NCBI GenBank assembly: GCA_035489355.1
Contig: DATHKK010000173.1
Coordinates: forward strand, 1-24,755
Reading direction: 5' to 3'
DNA from: Candidatus Limnocylindria bacterium
GTDB taxonomy: Bacteria; Verrucomicrobiota; Verrucomicrobiia; Limisphaerales; SIBH01
Length of the DNA: 24,755 bases
Shown here piece after piece: positions 9,611-18,238 of this stretch. The notes under the pieces were generated by a model. That model had not been told where the DNA came from, made no database searches, and saw nothing but the letters and a program-made list of their open reading frames with translations. Both the position numbers and the translations under genes were made by a program. Every line of letters starts with the position of its first letter. The stretch's first letter is position 1.

Positions 9611-10066
9611 ATGGCTGACGTTTTCACCAAAGCAGAACGCTCGCGGTGCATGTCCAGTATCCGTAGTCGTGGGAACAAAGACACGGAGCTGAAACTCATC
9701 GCCATATTCCGGGCACACGGCATTAAGGGATGGCGGCGAAACCAGCGATTGCACGGCAAACCTGACTTTGTGTTTAGGAAACAACGCCTCGCGGTTTTCG
9801 TTGATGGTTGCTTCTGGCATGGATGCAACCGCCACCTGCGAATGCCTAAGAGCAATCAGATTTATTGGCAAAAGAAGATCGGTCGAAACGTCAGCAGAGA
9901 CCGACGCAACAATAAGACCCTCAAAAGTCTTGGTTGGCGAGTGATCCGAGTTTGGCAGCACGACTTGAAGTTCCCCGATCGCGTCGTCACTAGAATCGCA
10001 AAAGTGATTCTAGTGACGACGGAAGCGTTGCCAACTTCCTCAAAGCAGTGCAAAACAACCGCGTGA
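9611..10066 (+). CDS. vsr: Very short patch repair endonuclease
   Basis: MADVFTKAERSRCMSSIRSRGNKDTELKL, GKPDFVF, AVFVDGCFWHGC, YWQKKIGRNVSRD, LGWRVIRVWQH: the canonical Vsr motif set. Confidence 0.95.
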   Translation: MADVFTKAERSRCMSSIRSRGNKDTELKLIAIFRAHGIKGWRRNQRLHGKPDFVFRKQRLAVFVDGCFWHGCNRHLRMPKSNQIYWQKKIGRNVSRDRRNNKTLKSLGWRVIRVWQHDLKFPDRVVTRIAKVILVTTEALPTSSKQCKTTA

Positions 10067-10236
10067 GCAACAATTCGCATCCCAAGCCGCGCTTTGCCGA
10101 GTTCTTCGCAGGCATCGGACTCATGCGCTTGGGATTGGAGCAAGCCGGTTGGAAGGTCGCGTTCGCCAATGACATCGACGAAAAGAAACGCGAGATGTAT
10201 CGCCACCACTTTGGCGAAGGTCATGAGTTCCGCTGA
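10063..10236 (+). pseudogene. DNA (cytosine-5)-methyltransferase, N-terminal stub only
   Basis: GTG start overlaps the vsr stop (GTGA). RFAEFFAGIGLMRLGLEQAGWKVAFANDID covers motifs I-II. Stop after 57 codons; no catalytic PC motif IV was recognised in the frames that follow. Confidence 0.85.
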
Positions 10237-10257
10237 ACTTGAAACAGTTTTTGAAAG

Positions 10258-11020
10258 ATGCTTCTCGACCCCTCCCAAATCCCAACACGGAGGAAACTGA
10301 TTTTGGCGGGACTATTTCTCGCGAAATACGATTCCCTCGCGTTGAAGAAGTTGGGCTTTGACAGCTTTGTTGAGGCCTTCAACGTCATTGGGTACGCCCT
10401 CGGTGGCAAGCCGATGGCGATCAAAAACTACAGGGACGAATTTGATCCTCTATTCCCAAACCGGAGAAAGGGATGGCACAAGCGGTCGAGGCGCGATTAC
10501 TGCCTAGACGTTATGGAAGAATACCGGACGCTCGATCTGGAAACCTTCACAGCACTCATCAAGGCCTTTGGAAGATATGACGACAATCTCGCGAGCGAGA
10601 GAAAGCGAACTAGAGCCAAGGACGGAGGCGCTTTGTTTGCGCAGCGGCTTGTGACCGGCTTGGCCGCTGAGCGCTACTTTGAAGCCGTTTTCCCGAAGTT
10701 GGTCGAGTTCAGCGGATTCATGCACGAGAACACCACGCGTCTCGGCTGCGGTTACGATTTTCGGCTTCAAACGACGGCTGAGCCGGACTTTCTCGCCGTG
10801 GAAGTTAAAGGGATCAAAGAAAGTCGAGGTGGCGTATCCCTGACACCCAAAGGAGTACGACGTGGCATCAAAACTGGGGAATCGGTTCTTTCTATTTGTC
10901 GTGAAAAACTTCCGCGATTCACCCGTTCATGAGATTTTTCAGAATCCCTTGCGCAGCAAACTCCGCTTTTCCAAAAGAGAACGAGTAATTGTGGACACGT
11001 CATGGTTGACGACGGTTTAA
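10258..11020 (+). pseudogene. DUF3883 (NO VEIN C-terminal, PD-(D/E)xK-like) domain protein with +1 frameshift
   Basis: GCGYDF...LAVEVKG nuclease motif. Removing one A from cccAAAggag (10849-10851) gives SLTPKEYDVASKLGNRFFLFVVKNFRDSPVHEIFQNPL...WLTTV-TAA(11018-11020), a typical DUF3883 C-terminus. N-terminal helical domain KNYRDEFDPLFPNRRKGWHKR. Confidence 0.8.
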
Positions 11021-11066
11021 TAATTGCGGCCGGTCATTTCGATTCGGCCGTTACCGAAAGGAAAAT

Positions 11067-11859
11067 ATGTTGGACCTCGCAATTTGTATTACGACGGATC
11101 GGGCCGGCGTTCCGATGATCTTAACGAATCACGGAAAACGGATGAAGTGCAAGCGCTGGCCGCAAGACTGCGAGTTTCAAGTTGTCGCGTTCAGTTCTTC
11201 GGCGAGAGCGGCGGACGTGATAGGGACCGAGCATCTCCTCAGTGACTTACGCGCTGCGTTGCGTGCTTTGGAGACGGCGGGCGAGCTTACGAAGGTCAAA
11301 CCGGCTTGGTATCGGCGTCTCACGCGATATGCTGCGCCACTTCAGGATACGAACCGAAGAGTTGTTGCGCGGCAGAATAAGCCGTCATCTGATGAACCAG
11401 AGGACTGACGCCGTCGCGATGAATGTGCTTGATCCTTTCGAGGTCGCGGAAATCGCCATCTGGCCCCTCCAGTTGGATGGCTTGCCCGAACCAGATCGTG
11501 ACGCATATCTCAATCGCCCCGAATTCACTCTGTTTCTAAAGGTCGTTGCCGAATCAAAACTCGGCGCAGTGCTGAACGAAAAGCCCCCCACACAAGGCCC
11601 GGCGATCGAATTGCCTCAATCCTATCGCCAGCGCATTATTCCTGAATCCATTTTTCCACAAAGAAAGCATCCGGACATTCGCATCGCCCGCCGTGCCAAC
11701 ACCATTGCCAGCCTCGCACGAGTGATCAGTGAGCGCGATGTTTCGCCAGGACTCCGGAAAACATTGCTCACGCAAGCTAAGCGGTTGGAACGCCTCGCTG
11801 CCGAATGGCTGAAAGAGCTGGGACAGACTGGGAGCGACTCGGAGGCCGTTTTGGACTAG
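11067..11859 (+). pseudogene. GIY-YIG-like nuclease with damaged or replaced N-terminus
   Basis: ORF 11242..11859 carries LRGRISRHL, NQRTDAVAMNVLDPFEV, YLNRPEF, GAVLNEK, HPDIRIARRA. These fit the Arg..His, Glu and Asn elements of GIY-YIG nucleases; the family match is from recall. The GIY and YIG strands are not recognisable in frame. An SD-preceded ATG (aaggaaaatATG, 11067) opens an overlapping ORF in another frame. Confidence 0.55.
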
Positions 11860-11902
11860 CAACGCTGATCCTTTGTCTCCGTGTACTCCAGACCCTTTCG
11901 GA

Positions 11903-12400
11903 ATGCGCCAGTGTGTGAAAACTAAATGTTGGACAGGTTTGTTGGTCCTAGCGCTCGTGGGTGGCTGCGCGTCCGGGCCGCGGTCAATACAGAACGTGTC
12001 GCCCTCATCCAAGGAACAGGCGAAGGAAAAAATCACTGGCGTTGGCGGCGTCTTCATCAAGGCGCGCAACCCAAAAGAGATGGCCAAGTGGTATCGCGAC
12101 CATCTGGGCATTGATGCCACCAGGGGTTATGCGGATTTTTCGTGGCGGGACAAGGAGCATCCCGAACACGTGGGACGCACCACCTGGGCTTTGTTTCCCA
12201 CGAACACGCCTTACTTCCGCCCTTCGACAGCGCCCTTCATGATCAATTATCGCGTGGCGAATCTGGAACGGATGGTGGAGCAGCTTCGCCGCAGCGGCGT
12301 GACGGTGGATAAAGTGCAGGACTTCAATTACGGCCGCTTCGCGTGGATTACTGACCCCGAGGGGAATCGCATCGAACTGTGGGAACCGAAGGGTGAATGA
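11903..12400 (+). CDS. VOC/glyoxalase family protein with lipoprotein-type signal peptide
   Basis: KITGVGGVFIKARNPKEMAKWYRDHLG, FMINYRVANL, YGRFAWITDPEGNRIELWEP. N-terminal LLVLALVGG-C lipobox-like segment. Confidence 0.88.
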   Translation: MRQCVKTKCWTGLLVLALVGGCASGPRSIQNVSPSSKEQAKEKITGVGGVFIKARNPKEMAKWYRDHLGIDATRGYADFSWRDKEHPEHVGRTTWALFPTNTPYFRPSTAPFMINYRVANLERMVEQLRRSGVTVDKVQDFNYGRFAWITDPEGNRIELWEPKGE

Positions 12401-12438
12401 CTATGATTTTGCGCCCGAATCTGCTGGCTCACGCTAGA

Positions 12439-14265
12439 TCACTGCGCGCCCGTGACGGGCAAACTCGCTACAGGCGGCGATGACAATACGGGCGGTGGTT
12501 GCAGACGGATTGGCAACACAGTTCGCATCGCCCGCGCGCGGAATTCCGAATGCAACTTCCGCCGCGACCACACCACGAATACGACATCCTTGATGAGATA
12601 AAGGACCGTCGTCAGCACTGCGGAGAGCAGCGGGAACCACATGAAGAATTGCGGCGACGCGCCCACTCCTCCCTTCATCATCATCGGCATCAGGAGCAGC
12701 GGAACCATCAATCCGGCGGCAAAGGTCACTCCGAACCACGGAATAATCTGCACGAACACCATCGTTTTCAACGTGGCCACATTGGTGTTCTTTGAGTTCA
12801 GTCCCATCCACATTCCGAACCAGCACAGGGCTAAAAGGTTTGCGAACATTGTGAGAGCTGCCGTGATCGCAGTAACAATTGGCATCCATTTCTCCATTCG
12901 AAACATGCCGCCAATGACTGCGGTCGTCCTGCCGGTCCACGTCGTTGACGTAACTACGGTCGTGTTCGTGATCGCGATCGTCCCGCTGTTCGTGGTTGGT
13001 GCGACCGCCGGAACTGCGGCAGCGGCGGCTGCGAATTGCTTGAATGTCATTTGCTGCGCCAACACCGTGCCCACCATCTGCGCCACCAGACACACGGCCA
13101 GCGGTACGCCGAACATCTTCAGCAATGCGCGCCATTGGCCTTGCACGATCTCCTTCACGGTCAACGGTGTGACCAGCAATAACTCGATCAATCCGCTGCG
13201 TTGTGCTTCGACGAATAACCGGCCGGCTTGGGAAGCGATGCCCAAATACAACAGCAGACTCAACGCGCCCGCGGCGTAGCCCCACCCAAGCCAAACCATC
13301 GGCTGGCTGGCTGTGAACATCGCGACGAGCACTCCTGCCATCAGGATCGTTACGATCCAAAGGACCGCCGCCTGCCAGCGCTCGCGACACGCCAGCCATA
13401 AGAATGGATTTACACCGATCCATTTCGCGCGCAGCCGCGCACGCCGTCGAACACCGCTGAACTTCCACCAGCGCTCATAGCGTCCTCGCCTCCGCGAAAT
13501 CTTTGTCGCCTTCTCCTGCCACGTGCGCGGGAGCAGGACGCAACTCAGCACCAGGAGCGTCCACGCGAGAAGCTGATTTATCAGGAGTGCTTTCCAGAAA
13601 AGTGTTCGCCCGAATCCGGTTGACGACACAAACACGTAAACCGGGCTCGTCGTGCTCAGGACAGGTTGGAAAGCGCCAGGCGAGAGCGCCGCATCCATTG
13701 CCGGACCGGCGCCCGCCAACAGCACCAGCAGAACCAACGTTCCGGCCATCGCCTTCTGCGGATCGCGGCTGATGGCGGACACGAACAAGCCCGCCGCCAA
13801 CGAAAGAAAGAGCGCATTGACGAGCGCGAGCGATGTCTTCCAAAACTCCGCGCCGGTCACTCCGCCCATCAGCAAGGTGATGGCGAGAATCGGCAACACG
13901 GCGAAGATGGCGAAAAAACTTCGCAGCGACGTGGCCATCAACTTCCCCAGCACCACGTCATAACCGCGCAGATCGGTCAGGAACAAAAAGCCGAGCGTGC
14001 CCTCGCGCTTTTCCTCGCTCAAACAATCTGATGTGAAAAACAAGCCGGCGGACAACGCCGCGCCCAAACTCAGCCATGTGAGCACGCCAAAAAGGATTTC
14101 ACCCAACGTCGTCGTCGCGAGGGCAAAGCTCCCGACAGCGGACAGGATGAGGAACCCGGTCGCGATCATCAACGCGACGATCGCCGCGACGATGCGTATC
14201 CAGAACGTGCTGCGTTTCCGCGAGGCCACGCGCAACTCTCGCCCAACGATAGGCAGGAATATCAC
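12439..14265 (-). CDS. ABC-2-type transporter permease-like polytopic membrane protein
   Basis: GTG start; FLPIVGRELRVASRK; DCLSEEKREGTLGFLFLTDL..VVLGK; second copy RSGLIELLLVTPLT..IVQGQW; many hydrophobic helices. Confidence 0.8.
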   Translation of the reverse strand: MIFLPIVGRELRVASRKRSTFWIRIVAAIVALMIATGFLILSAVGSFALATTTLGEILFGVLTWLSLGAALSAGLFFTSDCLSEEKREGTLGFLFLTDLRGYDVVLGKLMATSLRSFFAIFAVLPILAITLLMGGVTGAEFWKTSLALVNALFLSLAAGLFVSAISRDPQKAMAGTLVLLVLLAGAGPAMDAALSPGAFQPVLSTTSPVYVFVSSTGFGRTLFWKALLINQLLAWTLLVLSCVLLPRTWQEKATKISRRRGRYERWWKFSGVRRRARLRAKWIGVNPFLWLACRERWQAAVLWIVTILMAGVLVAMFTASQPMVWLGWGYAAGALSLLLYLGIASQAGRLFVEAQRSGLIELLLVTPLTVKEIVQGQWRALLKMFGVPLAVCLVAQMVGTVLAQQMTFKQFAAAAAAVPAVAPTTNSGTIAITNTTVVTSTTWTGRTTAVIGGMFRMEKWMPIVTAITAALTMFANLLALCWFGMWMGLNSKNTNVATLKTMVFVQIIPWFGVTFAAGLMVPLLLMPMMMKGGVGASPQFFMWFPLLSAVLTTVLYLIKDVVFVVWSRRKLHSEFRARAMRTVLPIRLQPPPVLSSPPVASLPVTGAQ

Positions 14266-14419
14266 CGCGCTGAGTTAGCGAGCGGGGCCCGCTGCTGGCA
14301 AACTTTTTTGGCCCTGCCTATGGGCAAGCCATCGCGGTGTGCGATCAGACTTTTCTCTCGAATGGTGGCGTCCCCGCTAGAAATCTGGATTGCCGCGTCA
14401 ACGCCGCGGTGTCCTTGCG

Positions 14420-16441
14420 TTAAGGAAGGCTTAACGCCATGACGGCCCAGCTTGACGCTGCGGCGGAGATCCAGGAATCGCGTCCGTGCGGGAAGCCGCT
14501 GTTCATCGTCGGCTGGAAAGGGAAAGCGCGGCGGCGCACATACCACGTGCCGTCTTCGAGTTGATGGGCGAGGAGGAAGCGCACGCCACGGTCAACGGCC
14601 GGATGTGAACTCTGCATTCCTGCGCCGATGCGCACCGCATACACCGCCTGGCCCGTCGCGTAAGCGTCGCTCTTCGTGCTGGGCAATTGTGACCAACCAT
14701 CATCCTGGTGTTGCTCGGCAATCAATGCTTTGGCGAGCGGTTGGAGTTTGCGCGCAGGTTCACCGGCCCACGCGAGACCAAGGAGTTGATAGATGCGGCC
14801 TTCGTTGTTCTGAGGTTTCGCGCTCCACAACCACTGTTTGGCGCGCTCGACTCGTTTGGCGAACTCCGCTTTTCGTCCCGGCAGTGGATAGCGTTGCAAC
14901 GCATGCACGGCCAGCGCAGTGGCGCCAATGTCGCCCGTCTGAATCGGCGGGCGCGGCAGATTGTTGAACCACTGACCGTCCTCGCCCTGGATCGCAGACA
15001 AGTGATGCACCCACGAGTCGATAGCTTCATCTGGCGTCAGGTCTTCCGCGGCGCATCCGAACAGCTCGTAGCCTTTGGTGTAAACCGCGTCGGGATGAAA
15101 GAGGGGCTGCCAATCCACTTCGGTGTTCTTGAAATCACCCGCGCGCACCATGGCGATGAGTTGCTGCTCGGCCTCGCGATCGATGTTCACGTTTTGTTTC
15201 TTCGCGAATCCAATCGCCGCCATCGGCAACAATTGTTGGTGGCAGGAAATGCAGTCCTGACGGCTGTCATGCGAAACGAACGCGCGCTTGGACTTGATCG
15301 AAGTTTCCTGGAGTGGCGGCACGGCTTGGCTAATCGCAGCCCGCAGCGTGGCAGCATCCAGCGGTTCAGGAAGACGGCGCGCGGCCGGTGTCTTGATGGG
15401 CACGCGGATGGGCGTGGCATTCGTCGCGCCAGCGGCGGACAACATTGTGAGAATGGGAGTTTCGCCGCGGCTGCGCGCGAGCATGAGCGGCGTCTGCGCT
15501 ACGGTCAGAAGAGCGTCCACGTTCTCACCGCCGCCTAGATTTGGATTGGCCTTGTGGTCGAGCAACAGTTTCACCAGCGCGGCGTCGCGTTCTTCAGTCG
15601 AAGCAGCCCAGTGCAACGGCGTGTAGCCGTCCATTGGTCCAGCTTGATCCACGCGCGCCCCACGGGCGAGCAACACGCGGGCGGCCTCGGTGCGATCGGC
15701 CCAAGCTGCTTGCGCCAGCGCGGTGCCGAGTCCGCCTATGGCATTCACGTCTGCGCCGGCATCGAGCAACAACTGCAACATCGCCACGTCTCCGCGGTAC
15801 GCCGCCCACATTAGCGCGGTGCGGCCTCCGCCGAAGATGAAGCCGGGTTGATCGCCGGTGGGTTGGGAATTGACGTTCGCGCCGTGCTTGAGCAGGAGGC
15901 GCGCGGACTTCTCGTCGCCACCGGCGGCTGCGGCCATCAATGCTGTGGCGCCAAAATGGTTTGTGGCCTTGGCATCTGCGCCGCGCGCGAGCAGCAGTTC
16001 CACCGCGCGATGAGAATTGGCGACACGCGCGGCGAGCAGCAAAGCCGTGTTGCCGAATGCGGAACGCGCGTTGACGTCCGCGCCCTGTTTCGTGAGAAAC
16101 CGGACTTTTTCATAATCGAACGCCGCGCGCATCAAGGCCGTTGCGCCGGCCGTGTTGACGGCATTTACTTCAGCGCCCTGTTCGAGCAGCAACCGTACAC
16201 AGGAAATATTTCCGTACACAGCAGCGTGCATGAGCGGAGTGTTGCCCGTGGCGTCACGCGCCTTGGCCGAGGCTCCGTGATCCAGCGCGTCACGGAGTTG
16301 GCGCACATCGCCGTTGCGCAGGACGGTCAGGAATTCGGGACTCAAGGCAGGCGGCTCGACCGCTGCGGCCGAACTCGAAAGCAGGCAGCAGGCGGAACAA
16401 ACGATAATTAGAAAACGGAGTGGAACTGGTTGCATAGCCAT
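14420..16441 (-). CDS. Secreted ankyrin-repeat protein with CxxCH motif and C-terminal prenyltransferase/squalene cyclase-like (QW-repeat) domain
   Basis: Signal-like N-terminus from ATG 16441. Eight ankyrin repeats (GNTPLMHAA, GATALMRAA, GNTALLLAA, GATALMAAA, GRTALMWAA, LGTALAQAA, GYTPLHWAA, AQTPLMLA). QDCISCHQQ at 15239-15253. QGEDGQW, QHQDDGW, QLEDGTW repeats. Confidence 0.88.
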   Translation of the reverse strand: MAMQPVPLRFLIIVCSACCLLSSSAAAVEPPALSPEFLTVLRNGDVRQLRDALDHGASAKARDATGNTPLMHAAVYGNISCVRLLLEQGAEVNAVNTAGATALMRAAFDYEKVRFLTKQGADVNARSAFGNTALLLAARVANSHRAVELLLARGADAKATNHFGATALMAAAAGGDEKSARLLLKHGANVNSQPTGDQPGFIFGGGRTALMWAAYRGDVAMLQLLLDAGADVNAIGGLGTALAQAAWADRTEAARVLLARGARVDQAGPMDGYTPLHWAASTEERDAALVKLLLDHKANPNLGGGENVDALLTVAQTPLMLARSRGETPILTMLSAAGATNATPIRVPIKTPAARRLPEPLDAATLRAAISQAVPPLQETSIKSKRAFVSHDSRQDCISCHQQLLPMAAIGFAKKQNVNIDREAEQQLIAMVRAGDFKNTEVDWQPLFHPDAVYTKGYELFGCAAEDLTPDEAIDSWVHHLSAIQGEDGQWFNNLPRPPIQTGDIGATALAVHALQRYPLPGRKAEFAKRVERAKQWLWSAKPQNNEGRIYQLLGLAWAGEPARKLQPLAKALIAEQHQDDGWSQLPSTKSDAYATGQAVYAVRIGAGMQSSHPAVDRGVRFLLAHQLEDGTWYVRRRAFPFQPTMNSGFPHGRDSWISAAASSWAVMALSLP

Positions 16442-16562
16442 AATTCTTGAGTTGTCGATCGGACGATTCACTTCGCGGCGAAGGTGAGTAGCTGAACGAG
16501 AGACTTCGGGCAAGCCAGAGTAAGGCACGTATTCAATCGCCTTCCGTTGGGCCGAATGGTAA

Positions 16563-18137
16563 ATGCGCTACATGATTGTTCGTGCATTGCTGGTTGCTAT
16601 CTCATGCGCCGCCACTTTCGCCATGTTCGCTGACGATTACGACCTGGTTCTGCGCAATGGACGGGTCATCGATGGCACGGGCAATCCGGCGCGTTTCGCC
16701 GATGTGGCGGTGAAGGACGGACGGATTGCAGCAGTGGGTCGCGTGGCCGGCACCGCGGCGGCTGAACTGGGCGTAAACGGATTGATCATTGCGCCAGGCT
16801 TCATCGACGTTCACACGCACGCGGAGGAGATCGATGAAATACCGCGCGGAGAAAACTTTGTGCGCATGGGCGTCACGACTTTGGTGCTCGGCAATTGCGG
16901 CGGGTCCGTGACAAACGTTGGCGATTTTTTTCACCGCCTCGAAGAAACTAAAATTTCTCCCAACGTGGCGACGCTGGTCGGGCACGGCACGGTGCGCGGC
17001 CGGGCGATGGGTGGAGATTTTGATCGTGCGCCGAGCACGCAGGAGTTGGAGCGCATGAAAGAAGCGGTGGAGCAGGGGATGAAGGATGGCGCAGTGGGGC
17101 TTTCGACCGGATTGATTTATCTACCTGGCACGTTTTCCAAAACGGACGAGATCGTGGAACTCGCGAAAGTGGCCGCGAAATATAACGGCATTTACGCGAG
17201 CCACATGCGCAGTGAGAGCGCGGAGATTTTCCAATCGTTGGATGAATTGTTTCGCGTCGCGAGCGAGGGCGGACTGCGCGCGCACGTCTCGCACATCAAA
17301 CTTTCCGGCCAATCGAATTGGGGACAGACGGAGAAAGTGATCGCCGCGATTGAGAAGGCGCGGGCGGAAGGCCTGGACATCACGGAGGACCAATACGGCT
17401 ACACGGCGTCGAGCACGAGCATCTCGACTTTGATTCCGAAGAAGTATCGCGAGGGCGGGAAGTTCAAGGAGCATTACACCAATGCGGCCTCGCGGGCGCA
17501 GATGATCGAGCAGATGCAATCGCAGCGCGAGCGTGGCGGCGCCGGTGATTATTCGTACGCGGTGATTGCCTCGTACAAACACGATCGATCGTTCAACGGG
17601 CTAAACGTCGCGCAGGCAGCAAAGAAATTGCGCGGCTCGGATGCGTTGAACGATCAGATTGAAACCATCCTGGAGATTCAGAACCAGGGCGGCGCGAGCG
17701 CCGTCTTCCACAGCATGACCGAGCCGGACGTGCAGCAGTTCATGCGACATCCGAACACGATGTTCGCATCGGACAGCGGCGTGCGCGCGTTCGGCCAAGG
17801 CGTGCCGCATCCGCGTGGCTACGGCAACAATGCGCGCATCCTCGCGCGCTACGTTCGCGAGCTGCAGGTGCTGCGATTGGAGGATGCGATTCGCCGCATG
17901 ACTTCGCTGCCGGCGACGACGTTTGGAATCAGGAACCGCGGCTTCGTGCGTGAAGGCGGCTGGGCGGATCTCGTGGTGTTCGATCCGGCGAAAGTTCAGG
18001 ACAATGCCACCTTCGAAAGCCCGCATCAGTACGCGACGGGATTCGCCCACGTGTTCGTGAATGGCGTGGAAGTCGTGAAGGATGACAAGCACACGGGAGC
18101 GAAACCGGGGCGGACGGTGCGGCGAAACCAGGAGTGA
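16563..18137 (+). CDS. D-aminoacylase (N-acyl-D-amino acid deacylase), amidohydrolase superfamily, with signal peptide
   Basis: LVLRNGRVIDGTG, APGFIDVHTH, GVTTLVLGNCG, GAVGLSTGLIY, YASHMRSE, VSHIK, ASD, PHPRGYG, AIRRMTSLPA, RGFVREGGWADLVVFDP. Confidence 0.92.
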   Translation: MRYMIVRALLVAISCAATFAMFADDYDLVLRNGRVIDGTGNPARFADVAVKDGRIAAVGRVAGTAAAELGVNGLIIAPGFIDVHTHAEEIDEIPRGENFVRMGVTTLVLGNCGGSVTNVGDFFHRLEETKISPNVATLVGHGTVRGRAMGGDFDRAPSTQELERMKEAVEQGMKDGAVGLSTGLIYLPGTFSKTDEIVELAKVAAKYNGIYASHMRSESAEIFQSLDELFRVASEGGLRAHVSHIKLSGQSNWGQTEKVIAAIEKARAEGLDITEDQYGYTASSTSISTLIPKKYREGGKFKEHYTNAASRAQMIEQMQSQRERGGAGDYSYAVIASYKHDRSFNGLNVAQAAKKLRGSDALNDQIETILEIQNQGGASAVFHSMTEPDVQQFMRHPNTMFASDSGVRAFGQGVPHPRGYGNNARILARYVRELQVLRLEDAIRRMTSLPATTFGIRNRGFVREGGWADLVVFDPAKVQDNATFESPHQYATGFAHVFVNGVEVVKDDKHTGAKPGRTVRRNQE

Positions 18138-18203
18138 AGGAAGCTCATCTCTCTCTGCACGGTTCGTCCAAGGGCCGGCCTCTTTCCGTCTCTGGTCTGG
18201 GGC

Positions 18204-18232
18204 TTGCCTTTTTGCGCGGCTGCGAAAACAAT
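18204..18232 (+). promoter_or_regulatory. Possible sigma70 promoter giving a leaderless DUF1080 transcript
   Basis: TTGCCT-17 nt-AACAAT, then 6 nt, then ATG 18239; no Shine-Dalgarno. Confidence 0.35.
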
Positions 18233-18238
18233 CCGCGC

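Larger units (their letters stand above)
9430..11860. other. Lower-GC inserted defence (restriction-modification) island remnant; boundaries approximate
   Basis: Hand counts of 60-nt lines: 9541 = 26 G+C, 9841 = 25, 10441 = 32, against 41 at line 9121. Contains vsr, an MTase stub and two nuclease genes. No flanking direct repeat or integrase seen. Confidence 0.5.

Noticed and set aside
8805-9692. 295-aa + strand ORF spanning the TIM-barrel gene and island edge
   Set aside because: Antisense shadow with no family motifs.
9581-10278. Minus-strand ORFs 9581..9961 and 9862..10278 that read like protein
   Set aside because: They are antisense to vsr and the MTase stub, whose motifs are unambiguous.
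12434-13468. 344-aa minus-strand ORF and 212-aa + ORF overlapping the permease
   Set aside because: Alternative-frame and antisense shadows of the 608-aa membrane protein.
14420-15240. Annotation as squalene-hopene cyclase
   Set aside because: Only the QW-type repeats are present. There is no DxDD motif, the domain is too short, and the protein has a signal peptide.
14708-15538. 276-aa + strand ORF
   Set aside because: Antisense shadow of the ankyrin/QW gene.
18134-18238. Longer starts offered by the ORF track (also 4266, 4646, 11873, 16528)
   Set aside because: The extensions precede signal-peptide-like segments, or an SD or promoter supports the downstream ATG.
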